A stretch of 57,988 bases of DNA from an uncultured Acetobacter sp. (GCA_937875265.1 CALLXM010000326.1:1-57988), one strand, 5' to 3'. Numbered from the stretch's first letter, positions 1-9,455 are shown. Translations and numbers: made by a program. The notes: a model not told the origin generated them from the sequence alone.

Positions 1-2
1 AT

Positions 3-932
3 TTTGGGTGGCGGGATTTTGTCCATGCATCCTTGTCTGAATGGCCAACATGGCTTGCTATTGTGTTCTGTTACGGTGGTTGGTGGTCTCTGGGGTATTG
101 GCTTTATCCAGTAGCACCATGGGCTGCATTGGCAGGGTTGGCGATAGTTGTCGCATTCCATTCTTCTTTGCAGCATGAGGCCATTCATGCTCATCCAACA
201 CCATCTACACTGTGCAACGAACTGCTGCTGGGGTTGCCGCTTGGGCTGGCATACCCTTACCGACGTTACCGTGAGACCCATTTGCAGCATCATGATGATG
301 AGAACCTGACTGACCCTTATGCTGACCCCGAAAGTTATTATTGGGATAGCAATGAGTGGGCAAAGCTGGGGCGTGTCTATCGGTTTCTGCTCGGCGTAAA
401 CCAGACCCTTTTGGGGCGTCTGCTGCTTGGTCCACTATTTGGGAGTTTACGATTTTTTATCGCAGATATGCGCGTTATTGCTGCAGGCAACCAGAAGGTC
501 GGGTTGGCATGGGCTATTCATGGTGTTTCAGTTCTGATCGTTGCGGCAATTGTTACGTTTGGCTTCCATATATCATTCTGGCTGTATGCTCTTGGCCCAG
601 CCTATATTGGTACATCTCTTATTGGCATGCGCTCCTATTGTGAGCATCGGTGGCATGATGCAACAGGCGGAAGAACCATTATTGTAGAGGGGTCACTACT
701 TTCTTTTTTATTCCTCTTTAACAACCTGCATAGTGTTCATCATCATTATCCTGGCCAACCGTGGTTTCGGTTGCGCCAGCTCTACTATGCAGACCGGACG
801 GCATGGCAGGCTCTCAACCACGGTTACGTTTTTAAAGGGTATCGTGCAATTCTCTGGCAGTATCTGTTGCATGCCAAGGAACCACTGCTGCACCCTGCAC
901 AACAAAAATCTGAGAAAAAGAAATGGGCATGA
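3..932 (+). CDS. Membrane fatty acid desaturase-family (His-box diiron) protein, probably 5'-truncated by the window edge
   Basis: Three His boxes (QHEAIH, HLQHH, NLHSVHHH) and several hydrophobic segments. The frame is open from position 3 to the TTG at 33, so the true start may lie upstream. Confidence 0.85.
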   Translation, partial: FGWRDFVHASLSEWPTWLAIVFCYGGWWSLGYWLYPVAPWAALAGLAIVVAFHSSLQHEAIHAHPTPSTLCNELLLGLPLGLAYPYRRYRETHLQHHDDENLTDPYADPESYYWDSNEWAKLGRVYRFLLGVNQTLLGRLLLGPLFGSLRFFIADMRVIAAGNQKVGLAWAIHGVSVLIVAAIVTFGFHISFWLYALGPAYIGTSLIGMRSYCEHRWHDATGGRTIIVEGSLLSFLFLFNNLHSVHHHYPGQPWFRLRQLYYADRTAWQALNHGYVFKGYRAILWQYLLHAKEPLLHPAQQKSEKKKWA

Positions 933-1753
933 AATTCATAGCCAGCATGCCAATGTATGACCAACCTCAGGAACGGGGTACACTTGATGCAACATGGATT
1001 CAGGTGCGTGATGCTTTGCGCCAGAACGGTGTGCCTGCACCAGACGCGCTTGTCCGTCGCAATGCTGATCTTCCGCCGGTACCGGGTGGGATACGGGATG
1101 CCGTGGGACGTCTTGTTGCGCCAGACCCAGCATCTTTACCGCCGGATGAACTGGACCTTTCGGTTGTGTGGCGGCACCCGGCCCTGTTGTTTGGAGAAAC
1201 GTGTTGGGGACCTTTGCAGCATGGGCTGGGTGATTTTGTGCATGTTGTCGAGCAGAACAGCTACGAGGGGCTGACAGGAGGGCAGGGTATTTTTTATCGC
1301 AGTGCGCTTTTGGTGGCGCGTGGGAATTATAATGCATGCGATGCTTCGCCCACGTCTCATGTCAATATTGTGCAGGCCATGACCGGTCGGCACTTTATGT
1401 TTAACGATCACGTATCGCAATCCGGTTATCTGTCTGTTGTCCGTGATTTGCAGAGGCAAGGTGCTTCTCTGGAGGTTTGTTCCGGCACAACCATGACAGG
1501 GAGCCATCTGGCCTCCATGATGCACATTGTCAATGGAAGCGCTGATATTGCCGCAATTGATTGTCGAACCTGGGCCATGCTCCGTCGGGCGGACCCAATA
1601 GCGGCCGATCGTCTGCGAGTCATAGGCTGGACAACGCCATCTATAGGCTTGCCATTTGTTTGTTCACGGCACATCCGTAGTGCACTGCGCCGAACGGTTG
1701 CTAAGGTAGCACAGACGATCATGCCCACTATCCGATATGATTATTATGTTTAG
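929..1753 (+). CDS. PhnD/phosphonate-binding-like (periplasmic binding protein fold) protein without a signal peptide
   Basis: Motifs ASMPMYD, ETCWGP, YRSALL, N..SQSGY, TGSHLASM, ADIAAID, GLPFV. ATG 929 overlaps the desaturase stop (ATGA). No hydrophobic N-terminus. Confidence 0.75.
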   Translation: MKFIASMPMYDQPQERGTLDATWIQVRDALRQNGVPAPDALVRRNADLPPVPGGIRDAVGRLVAPDPASLPPDELDLSVVWRHPALLFGETCWGPLQHGLGDFVHVVEQNSYEGLTGGQGIFYRSALLVARGNYNACDASPTSHVNIVQAMTGRHFMFNDHVSQSGYLSVVRDLQRQGASLEVCSGTTMTGSHLASMMHIVNGSADIAAIDCRTWAMLRRADPIAADRLRVIGWTTPSIGLPFVCSRHIRSALRRTVAKVAQTIMPTIRYDYYV

Positions 1754-1762
1754 CGCCTGCGG

Positions 1763-1800
1763 GCCTCATGCCGTGGTATGCAGGGCATGCTTTATGAGGC
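1763..1800 (+). terminator. Stem-loop after the desaturase/PhnD-like pair (possible terminator)
   Basis: GCCTCAT (1763-1769) / ATGAGGC (1794-1800) with an inner GGTATGC/GCATGCT pairing, 10 bp after the stop; weak U tract. Confidence 0.4.
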
Positions 1801-1977
1801 ATGCGATATGCTTTCTTTAATATTTTATTATCAAAGAAAATCGTAATTTGCTTTAATAACGCAACACTGAGTGTCGTAAGGTAAACAGCGAATAAAATAG
1901 TGATTTTTGGCATATATGGCGCATACGCCACAACGCCATCTCCCATATGCAAGTACGTTGTTGGAACTGAGGCAGGT

Positions 1978-3201
1978 ATGGAAGTATCGACCCTGATTTA
2001 TTTTGTAAGCCTCGTTCGCAATCATTCTGTAAATGATGCGGCTATGGAGTTGAACGTCAGCCCTACGACTATCAATCATGCCGTATACGCGCTTGAGCTG
2101 AGTGCTGGAGTTCCCTTGTTGCTGCGGAATGCGCATGGCCGCAAATCTGTTCCTATAACAACAGCATATGGCGAAAGTTTTCATCGTACCGCTGTTCTTT
2201 TTCTTCAGTCCTGCCTGCGGCTCATCTCTCCTGCTGGCAGGGAGGAAGAGTTGATTACGCAGTTAAGCGAACAGGAGCTTCATAAAATAAGGCAGTCAGG
2301 CATAACCTTTAGAATGATCTCTTATTTTCTGCATGTTTGTGATGCAGGCAGTATTTCCGCTGCCGCAAAAGGGCTGGCAGTGACCCAACCGACATTATCG
2401 CGTCAGATTAGTAAGTTTGAAACTGTTCTGGGTTTCCATATTTTTGAAAGAACACACACAGGCATGCAACTGACCGCTGCTGCGCAGCCAATCAAGGCCA
2501 TATGCGAGACTACAGCGCTTCTTTTTGAACGTCTGAGGCGGAGTATTAGCCTTGGATATTCCCGCGCGGTGAAAGACCTTAAATTTGCGGCAATGATTCC
2601 ATCCAGTAGTAAAAGTGCTCTGGCTTCTTTGCTGGCCGGGCTTATTCCTCTCTGGCATAATCGTGCTTATCAGCCGCCCCTGAGTATCGCAACAATTGTA
2701 GTGCCAGCCATTGTTGCAGGTCTTCTTGATAAAACCTACGATGTTGGGTTGGTCGATGTTATTGACGTACCACCAACATTAGATTTTCTGGATTTTGAAA
2801 CATCACCGATTTTTCTAGTTTTTGGAAAAACGGATCAGAAACTGTCCTTATATAATGACCCGGAAAATATTATAGCTGTGAGCACCATGGCTCTTCCAAG
2901 CTTTGGGACCGGCATGCGACATCTTACGGATGCCTATCTGGAGAGTGCAGCCGTGCGCCCACGCGCTGTACTGGAAACACAGTCCATGTCCCTTATGCTC
3001 CGGCTTGTGGAGGACAATATCTGCTGTGCCATTTTACCGGCAGGATCTTTTGAAGACCATAATGTTTTTTCCAAACAACTGCCTCGAAGATTTTCGCGTA
3101 CAATCCGCCTGTTATGGCGGCGCGATTATAGCAATAAGGATGTGATTGGCCGCCTGGCATCGGCATTACAGGAAGTCCGCTCGGGTTCGCGATGTTGTTA
3201 A
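1978..3201 (+). CDS. LysR-type transcriptional regulator with two tandem HTH domains
   Basis: HTH1 SVNDAAMELNVSPTTINHAVYALE, HTH2 GSISAAAKGLAVTQPTLSRQISKFE, then one LysR substrate-binding domain. ATG 1978 follows GAGGCAGG. Confidence 0.85.
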   Translation: MEVSTLIYFVSLVRNHSVNDAAMELNVSPTTINHAVYALELSAGVPLLLRNAHGRKSVPITTAYGESFHRTAVLFLQSCLRLISPAGREEELITQLSEQELHKIRQSGITFRMISYFLHVCDAGSISAAAKGLAVTQPTLSRQISKFETVLGFHIFERTHTGMQLTAAAQPIKAICETTALLFERLRRSISLGYSRAVKDLKFAAMIPSSSKSALASLLAGLIPLWHNRAYQPPLSIATIVVPAIVAGLLDKTYDVGLVDVIDVPPTLDFLDFETSPIFLVFGKTDQKLSLYNDPENIIAVSTMALPSFGTGMRHLTDAYLESAAVRPRAVLETQSMSLMLRLVEDNICCAILPAGSFEDHNVFSKQLPRRFSRTIRLLWRRDYSNKDVIGRLASALQEVRSGSRCC

Positions 3202-3258
3202 GAGTATATGCCTTCCTTGAATTCCGGAACTCAGTAATGTCTTCGAAAGAAAAATAAT

Positions 3259-5604
3259 ATGGTAAAGACACGTATTTTTTTAACGGTATCAACTCTTTTG
3301 AGCGGTATCGGTTATCCATTGTTCGCTTATGCCCAAAGTGATGCTGCACCAGCGGTCATTAAAAGTGACCCGGGGAAAAAAGCTGTGAAAAAGGACGATA
3401 AAAAGAAAAATGTCGCAGATAATATAGAATCCATTGCCGTTTTTGGGCACGGGTCGACCCGCCAGACGATGTCCATAGGTCGTGCCAGTATGCAGCAGAG
3501 TGCTCCAGGAACATCAGCGCTCAAGGTGCTGAACGAACTGCCGGGCGTTTTATATCAGTCTGCTGATCCTTTTGGTGTGTATGAATATTCCAGTCAGATA
3601 TTTATGCGCGGTTTCAGCCAGTCCCAGCTTGGGTTTACGCTGGATGATGTTCCCTTGGGGGACCAGCAGTTCAATAATTACAATGGCCTTGGTGTTACAC
3701 GCGCTATTATTTCCGATAATATTGGAAGTGTGAATGTCTCGCAGGGGGCCGGGGGCATTGATGTTGCCTCAACGAGCAATCTGGGTGGCGCGATAGAAAT
3801 TCACTCGATGGATCCGTCACACAAGCGTGGTGGTGCTGTATCCCAAACGTTTGGAAGTAATTCGACTTTTCGAACCTTTGCGCGACTGGATAGTGGAGAC
3901 CTCAACCAATCTGGAACACGTTTTTCCGTTTCCTACGCCCGTCTGAACGGTAATTTGTGGAAAGGGCAGGGTTACGATCATTCTGATCAGGTTAATGCCA
4001 AGTTTGTTCAGCCTCTCGCGCGGGACTCATCGCTCAAGGTCTTCTTTGACTGGAGCTCGACCCAGCAGTTTGATTATCAGGATATGACCAAGAACTGGCT
4101 CTCGACCGCAGGAGCGAATTTGTCCAATTATTATCCCGATTATACTGCGGCCTATCAGGCGGCTCAGGGAACCTATCCTGCGCAGATCAGCAAGACAAAT
4201 GACCCCAAAGATGCGGCCTATTATGCTGGAACCGCCAATAGAGTGGATTATCTGGGGGGGATTACGCTGGATGAAAACCTGACGTCAAACCTGAACTGGA
4301 AAACCACCCTTTATGGTCATGCGGATACAGGATACAGCACATGGACGACGCCCTATAAAGCCTCGCCCAACGGAGCGCCATTATCTCAGCGGGTGCAGCA
4401 GCCACAGGTTGCGCGTGGTGGGTTTGAAAGCGCGGTAACATGGAAAGTCGCGCGCAATACGTTTAACGCTGGCGTCTGGTACGAATACGGGAACTTTGAA
4501 ACCGGTCGTTATTTTTCGCAGGCGCCTCTTCTGGGGCAGGGTACACTTGGTAACCCAACAAACGGTTTTCCAGCAGACAAGATATTTGCAACGGCATGGC
4601 ATGAAGCGTTTTCGTCCAACACATTTGTGTTTCACATGCAGGATACATACCATGTGACAGATACACTCAAAATCAATGCCGGTTTCAAATCCATGATTGT
4701 GAACGCTGGCAACAGCGTTCTTGCGCAGGACGAGACGATTAACGGCAAACCTATCGCGCAAGGCCACCTTGAGGCATCCAATGCCTTCTTACCCCAGATT
4801 TCGGCCAACTGGCGTTTTCTGCCTCATCATGAACTGTTTTTTGATGTGTCGCACAATATGCGTGCTTTTCCTGAGGACGGGTTTGGTACCAATATTTCGG
4901 CAAGCCCGTGGACAGCCTCCCAGGCTTCTTTTCAGGAAACAAAGAAAACTCTGCGGCCGGAAACGGACTGGGTTTATGAGGGCGGCTATCGTTTCAGTTC
5001 GCAGTATATCAGTGCGCTAGCTTCTCTTTATCGGATCAATTTTTCCAACCGCTTACAGTTGATTACTAACTCGGCTGGTATTAATCCGGTGACTGCCGTG
5101 CAGAATGTTGGTGGCGTTACAACCAACGGGGCAGAGGCTAGTATTACAGTGCGACCTGTGCACGGACTATCAATCTATAATTCGTTTTCGTATGCTCATT
5201 CAACATATGACCAGAACGTTGTTACGTCCAATAGCCTGCAGGCCATTCGTGGCAAGTTAGTACCTAATTATCCGCAGTTTATGTATAAAGCCAATATTGC
5301 CTATCAGTTAGGTGATCTTAACCTGCATGTGGACGGGTCCTATATTTCTCGGCGAGAGCTGACTTATACAAATGACTTGCGTGTGCCAGGATATTTTTTG
5401 ATGAATTTTGGTGCACGGTATAATTTTGGTGATGCCGGGCCGTTTAAAGGTATTAATGCAAGTTTCAATATATATAATCTGACCAACAAGACGTATGTTG
5501 CCACAACCAATGAACTGGGAAATAATTTTGTCAATACTGGCTACAATTATTTCCTTATGGGCGCGCCCAGGCAGTTTTTTGGTACAATCGGCACAGCGTT
5601 CTGA
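3259..5604 (+). CDS. TonB-dependent receptor
   Basis: Signal peptide (LFAYA/Q), TonB-box-like ESIAVFG, plug motif (LPGV...MRGF...LDDVP), NLTNKTY, C-terminal Phe (GTAF). Confidence 0.93.
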   Translation: MVKTRIFLTVSTLLSGIGYPLFAYAQSDAAPAVIKSDPGKKAVKKDDKKKNVADNIESIAVFGHGSTRQTMSIGRASMQQSAPGTSALKVLNELPGVLYQSADPFGVYEYSSQIFMRGFSQSQLGFTLDDVPLGDQQFNNYNGLGVTRAIISDNIGSVNVSQGAGGIDVASTSNLGGAIEIHSMDPSHKRGGAVSQTFGSNSTFRTFARLDSGDLNQSGTRFSVSYARLNGNLWKGQGYDHSDQVNAKFVQPLARDSSLKVFFDWSSTQQFDYQDMTKNWLSTAGANLSNYYPDYTAAYQAAQGTYPAQISKTNDPKDAAYYAGTANRVDYLGGITLDENLTSNLNWKTTLYGHADTGYSTWTTPYKASPNGAPLSQRVQQPQVARGGFESAVTWKVARNTFNAGVWYEYGNFETGRYFSQAPLLGQGTLGNPTNGFPADKIFATAWHEAFSSNTFVFHMQDTYHVTDTLKINAGFKSMIVNAGNSVLAQDETINGKPIAQGHLEASNAFLPQISANWRFLPHHELFFDVSHNMRAFPEDGFGTNISASPWTASQASFQETKKTLRPETDWVYEGGYRFSSQYISALASLYRINFSNRLQLITNSAGINPVTAVQNVGGVTTNGAEASITVRPVHGLSIYNSFSYAHSTYDQNVVTSNSLQAIRGKLVPNYPQFMYKANIAYQLGDLNLHVDGSYISRRELTYTNDLRVPGYFLMNFGARYNFGDAGPFKGINASFNIYNLTNKTYVATTNELGNNFVNTGYNYFLMGAPRQFFGTIGTAF

Positions 5605-7145
5605 TGACAGATCATTCTGACAGCCAGAGTGTTCTGCTGGCGCCTGGTCAAACAGGTATTGCCGATATCGAGCGTATTGCTCTTACCGGGCATAAGGTTC
5701 TGCTATCAGCTCAGGCATCGGCGAATATTGAGGCAGGGCATGCCTGTCTGTTGCATCACATTGCCGCAGGGGCAACAATTTATGGCGTGAATACCGGGCT
5801 CGGAGCTAACGTGGACACACCGCGCCAGCCAAGCACAGCAAGTGCACAGCAGCACAGTATAATCTGGGCTCGCGCCAGTGGCGCCGGACCATCCGCTACC
5901 AATGCACAGGTCCGTGCCATGATGGCCGTGAGGCTGGCACGGCTGACACTGGGTCGTTCGGGTATTTCTCCTGCCGTTGCAACGGCGCTGGCCACTATGC
6001 TCAATAATAATATTACGCCGGTTGTCCCGCTTGTCGGTGCTTTGAGCGAGGGAGATCTGGCACCAATGGCCCACATTGCCAGTATTCTTACAGGTAAGGG
6101 ACATGCCAGCGTAGCAGGGAAGGGCAGGGTATCGGGGGCTGAGGCGTTTGCACAGATAGGGATACCGTTGCCTGCTTTGGGGCCAAAAGATGGTCTTACG
6201 CTTATTTCCACTAATTCCGCGTCCATCGGGCTCGCATGCCTTAATCTTGGCAGTATCCACAGGCTCATGCGTGCCCATATTGCTGCGCTGGCTTTGTCAT
6301 GCGAGGGGTTTTGCGCAAATCTCTCTCCATTTCAGCCTGGGAGCGTGCATTTACGGCCCGCGTCAGGACAGATGGAGGTTAGTTATGCGCTCCTTGGGTT
6401 ACTGGATGGCGGCACTTTGAACCATGAAGGGTCTGCTCGCCGGTTGCAGGACCCGATCAGTTTTCGGAGCGCAGCCTCCATTGCTGGAGGAGCGTTGGAA
6501 AGCCTGCAACAGGCGCAGCGTGCTGTTGAGCTTGAATTGTCTTCCAGTGACGATAACCCGGCAATCGTGGCGGAAACAAACAGTATTATCCCGAACGGAA
6601 ACTTTGACCCGACGCATGTGGCCGTTGCGGTTGATGCCCTGCATCTGGCCCTGGCAAGGGTGGCGGCTGCAACCGGGGAGCGAATTATGAAAATGATGTC
6701 TCCCTCATTGTCTGGTTTGCCGCGCTTTCTGGCTGAACCGGGAGGAGATGGTACAGGCTTTGCGCCCGTGCAAAAAACGGTTGCTGCACTGGTGGCGGAG
6801 ATTGTGCATGACGCGACCCCACTGCCCCCCGTGGTTATTCCGGTTGCCGAGCGTGTAGAAGATTACGCGTCTCTGCTTTTTCCTGCCTTATGTCACGGAA
6901 AACGCCTGATTTCGCGGATGTATGAACTAAGTGCCATAGAAATCATGGTGGCCGTGCGGGCTATTGTTCTGCGCCCGCCTGTTTGTCTGGGGGCGGGAAC
7001 TCAGGCGTTGCTGGACAGACTTGGTTCCTTATGCCCTCAACTGCCGTTGGAACACCCAGTGGCAGATAATATTGCCCTTCTTACTCAGGCTATAGAACAC
7101 CCCGATTTTTTAGCGTCCTTCGGTATTTTGGCTGATGGCGAATAG
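5604..7145 (+). CDS. Aromatic amino acid lyase (HAL/PAL) superfamily protein lacking the MIO tripeptide; ergothionase-like
   Basis: YGVNTGLG, KDGLTLISTN, LQDPISFR, DNP, GNF, EDY. GALSEGDLAPM replaces GSVGASGDLAPL. TGATG overlap with the TBDR. Confidence 0.85.
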   Translation: MTDHSDSQSVLLAPGQTGIADIERIALTGHKVLLSAQASANIEAGHACLLHHIAAGATIYGVNTGLGANVDTPRQPSTASAQQHSIIWARASGAGPSATNAQVRAMMAVRLARLTLGRSGISPAVATALATMLNNNITPVVPLVGALSEGDLAPMAHIASILTGKGHASVAGKGRVSGAEAFAQIGIPLPALGPKDGLTLISTNSASIGLACLNLGSIHRLMRAHIAALALSCEGFCANLSPFQPGSVHLRPASGQMEVSYALLGLLDGGTLNHEGSARRLQDPISFRSAASIAGGALESLQQAQRAVELELSSSDDNPAIVAETNSIIPNGNFDPTHVAVAVDALHLALARVAAATGERIMKMMSPSLSGLPRFLAEPGGDGTGFAPVQKTVAALVAEIVHDATPLPPVVIPVAERVEDYASLLFPALCHGKRLISRMYELSAIEIMVAVRAIVLRPPVCLGAGTQALLDRLGSLCPQLPLEHPVADNIALLTQAIEHPDFLASFGILADGE

Positions 7146-7201
7146 GTAATATTGCTTCCTGTTTATGTAGGTTTGCAAAAATTTTTCAGGAAAAGAAAAA
7201 C

Positions 7202-8203
7202 ATGACCGATGTCCAGATCAACTACCTTAATGGTGCTGATGTCGCCCGTCTTTCCCTAACGGACAGCGAGATCATGGAGGCTGTGTCAGGCGCTCTTGCA
7301 GCGCAGTCACATGGGCAGACTGTGGTTGAACCACGTGTGCATCTTGTGCCCGAGAGTTCGGATAAAGGTCATTTCAACGTCCTGCGAGGTGTCATTCAGC
7401 CTCTGGGTCTTGCTGGTGTTAAAATTGTTGGTGATTTTGTCGATAATTATAAACAGAATCTGCCGTCCGAAATGGCTGTTCTCAATCTGTTTGACCCTGT
7501 GACCGGCATGCCAAAAGCCATTATTGATGCCACGCGGATTACAGATATGCGCACTGGAGCGATGACCGCACTGGGTGCGCGTTTTCTGGCTCCTCGGAAT
7601 AGTCGCATACTTGGGCATATTGGCACGCGTGGAACAGCATATTGGAATATAAGACTTCTTGATCACCTCTTTGATTTTGAGGAAATACGCGTGCATTCCC
7701 GCAGGGAAGAAAGCCGACAGTCCTTTGCACGGCGGTTGGAGCAGGACTTGGGTAAAAAGGTGATTGTTACAACAACATGGGAAGCCTGTCTGGACGGGGC
7801 AGATATTCTGGTGGAGGCCAGTCGGTTACCAGAACCCACGCCACTCCTGAAAACCGAGTGGGTTCGCAAGGGCGCATTGATTATTCCATATGGCACTATG
7901 AGCGCTCTGGAGCTCAGTTTAACAGATGTGATTGATAAAGTGGTGGTGGATGACTGGGGGCAATGTGGTCCAGGCCGCCCATACGGTGCTCTGCGTCAGC
8001 ACGTAGATCAGGGGAAGATCACGCGCGAGACTCTTTACGCAGAGTTGTGTGATATTGTTGGAGGAAAATTGCCAGGCAGGGAGAGTGATGACGAGACGAT
8101 ACTGTTCTGGCACCGAGGGTTAAGCATTACCGATATTGCATTGGGCGCGGCCCTGTTGAACAAGGCAGCCAAGCTTGGAATTGGCCAGAAGCTGCAATTT
8201 TAA
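7202..8203 (+). CDS. Ornithine cyclodeaminase/mu-crystallin family protein
   Basis: GVKIVG, ITDMRTGAMTALGA, Rossmann GHIGTRGTA, C-terminal FWHRGLSITDIALG. Confidence 0.9.
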   Translation: MTDVQINYLNGADVARLSLTDSEIMEAVSGALAAQSHGQTVVEPRVHLVPESSDKGHFNVLRGVIQPLGLAGVKIVGDFVDNYKQNLPSEMAVLNLFDPVTGMPKAIIDATRITDMRTGAMTALGARFLAPRNSRILGHIGTRGTAYWNIRLLDHLFDFEEIRVHSRREESRQSFARRLEQDLGKKVIVTTTWEACLDGADILVEASRLPEPTPLLKTEWVRKGALIIPYGTMSALELSLTDVIDKVVVDDWGQCGPGRPYGALRQHVDQGKITRETLYAELCDIVGGKLPGRESDDETILFWHRGLSITDIALGAALLNKAAKLGIGQKLQF

Positions 8204-8301
8204 AAATCTTGTTAAATTATATATAAGTCTGAAATCATGACACAATGACGTCAAACAACGGTTTTTCAATCCCTACTGATCGTGTGATAATCCTTTATAC
8301 G

Positions 8302-8334
8302 ATCCGGACCAGAAGCGGTTGTTCTGGCCCGGAT
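8302..8334. terminator. Hairpin between convergent genes
   Basis: ATCCGG-A-CCAGAA / TTCTGG-C-CCGGAT: 12 pairs with one mismatch and a 7-nt loop. Confidence 0.55.
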
Positions 8335-8354
8335 ATCTTATCAGTGGATGGCGA

Positions 8355-9455
8355 TCAGACCGTGAAGAGGTCTTTGTGGGTGTGTGGCTGACACCGGAGA
8401 TACTGGTTGGGCGCTTTGACATGCCCTCCCAGATGCGCGGCTGCGTGCCAAGGCCAGCGCGGATTGTAAAGGATCGTACGCGCAATGGCGATCATGTCGG
8501 CATCACCCGTAGCCACGATAGCTTCGGCCTGTTCGAAGCCCGTAATCAGGCCAACGGCTACCACGGGGATGGACGTTTCCTGCTTAACCACGCGGGCTAG
8601 TGGAACCTGGTATCCTGGAGCAACCGGAATGTTCTGATGGGGGCTCAATCCGCCACTGGAAACGTGGATAGCATCGCAGCCGCGCGCTTCGAGAGCATTC
8701 GAGAAGGTGATGGTCTGCTCAATGTCCCAGCCACCTTCCACCCAGTCAGTTCCAGAGACCCGAACAGAGATGGGGCGGTCGGGCAATGCTGTGCGCACGG
8801 CGTCGAACACCTCCAACGGAAAGCGCATCCGGTTCTCGAGCGCTCCTCCATAGGAATCGTCCCTTTGGTTTGAAAGGGGTGAAAGGAATTGGTGCAAAAG
8901 GTAACCGTGCGCAGCATGCAATTGCACGGCATCGATCTCCATTGTTGCGGCTCGACGGGCGGATGCGACGAAGGCATCCCGTATCCTGAGCATGCCATCA
9001 CGGTCTAGTCTCATCGGTGCATGATCTGTTGGCTGAAAACGTAGATCAGAGGGAGCGACCGTTTGCCACCCGTTTGCCATGTCGGGTGCGATTTGTGGCC
9101 TACCTTTCCACGGTACCTCGCACGATGCTTTACGCCCGGCATGGGCAAGCTGAATGGCGATCTTAACGTCTGAAGTTGCCCGGATAACGTCCAGAACACG
9201 GCGCATGGCACCTTCAGTCCGCTCATCCCACAGGCCGACATCGGCATACGTGATGCGCCCATCGGGTGTTACGGCTGTTGCTTCGATCGTTAACAATCCT
9301 GCGCCAGAAAGCGCCATGGAGCCAAGGTGACTCAGATGCCAGTCTGTCATTTGGCCATTTACGGCCGAATACTGGCACATAGGTGCCACGACGATACGGT
9401 TGGACAGAGTTAAGCCCTGAATGTCTATCGGCGTAAAGAGAACAGGTCTGCTCAT
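8355..9455 (-). CDS. NADH:flavin oxidoreductase (Old Yellow Enzyme, YqjM/NamA-like)
   Basis: NRIVVAPMCQYSA, IQLAHAGRKAS, HAAHGYLLHQFLSP, NQRDDSYGG. Confidence 0.93.
   Translation of the reverse strand: MSRPVLFTPIDIQGLTLSNRIVVAPMCQYSAVNGQMTDWHLSHLGSMALSGAGLLTIEATAVTPDGRITYADVGLWDERTEGAMRRVLDVIRATSDVKIAIQLAHAGRKASCEVPWKGRPQIAPDMANGWQTVAPSDLRFQPTDHAPMRLDRDGMLRIRDAFVASARRAATMEIDAVQLHAAHGYLLHQFLSPLSNQRDDSYGGALENRMRFPLEVFDAVRTALPDRPISVRVSGTDWVEGGWDIEQTITFSNALEARGCDAIHVSSGGLSPHQNIPVAPGYQVPLARVVKQETSIPVVAVGLITGFEQAEAIVATGDADMIAIARTILYNPRWPWHAAAHLGGHVKAPNQYLRCQPHTHKDLFTV

Noticed and set aside
1900-1977. Longer upstream starts given by the ORF track (also 16301, 17031, 33084, 37922, 40059, 46642, 51036, 53789)
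   Set aside because: Downstream ATGs fit the RBS, the signal peptide or domain start, and the gene overlaps better.
5604-7145. Calling this gene hutH (histidase)
   Set aside because: No Ala-Ser-Gly for MIO, and no hutU, hutI or hutG in the window.
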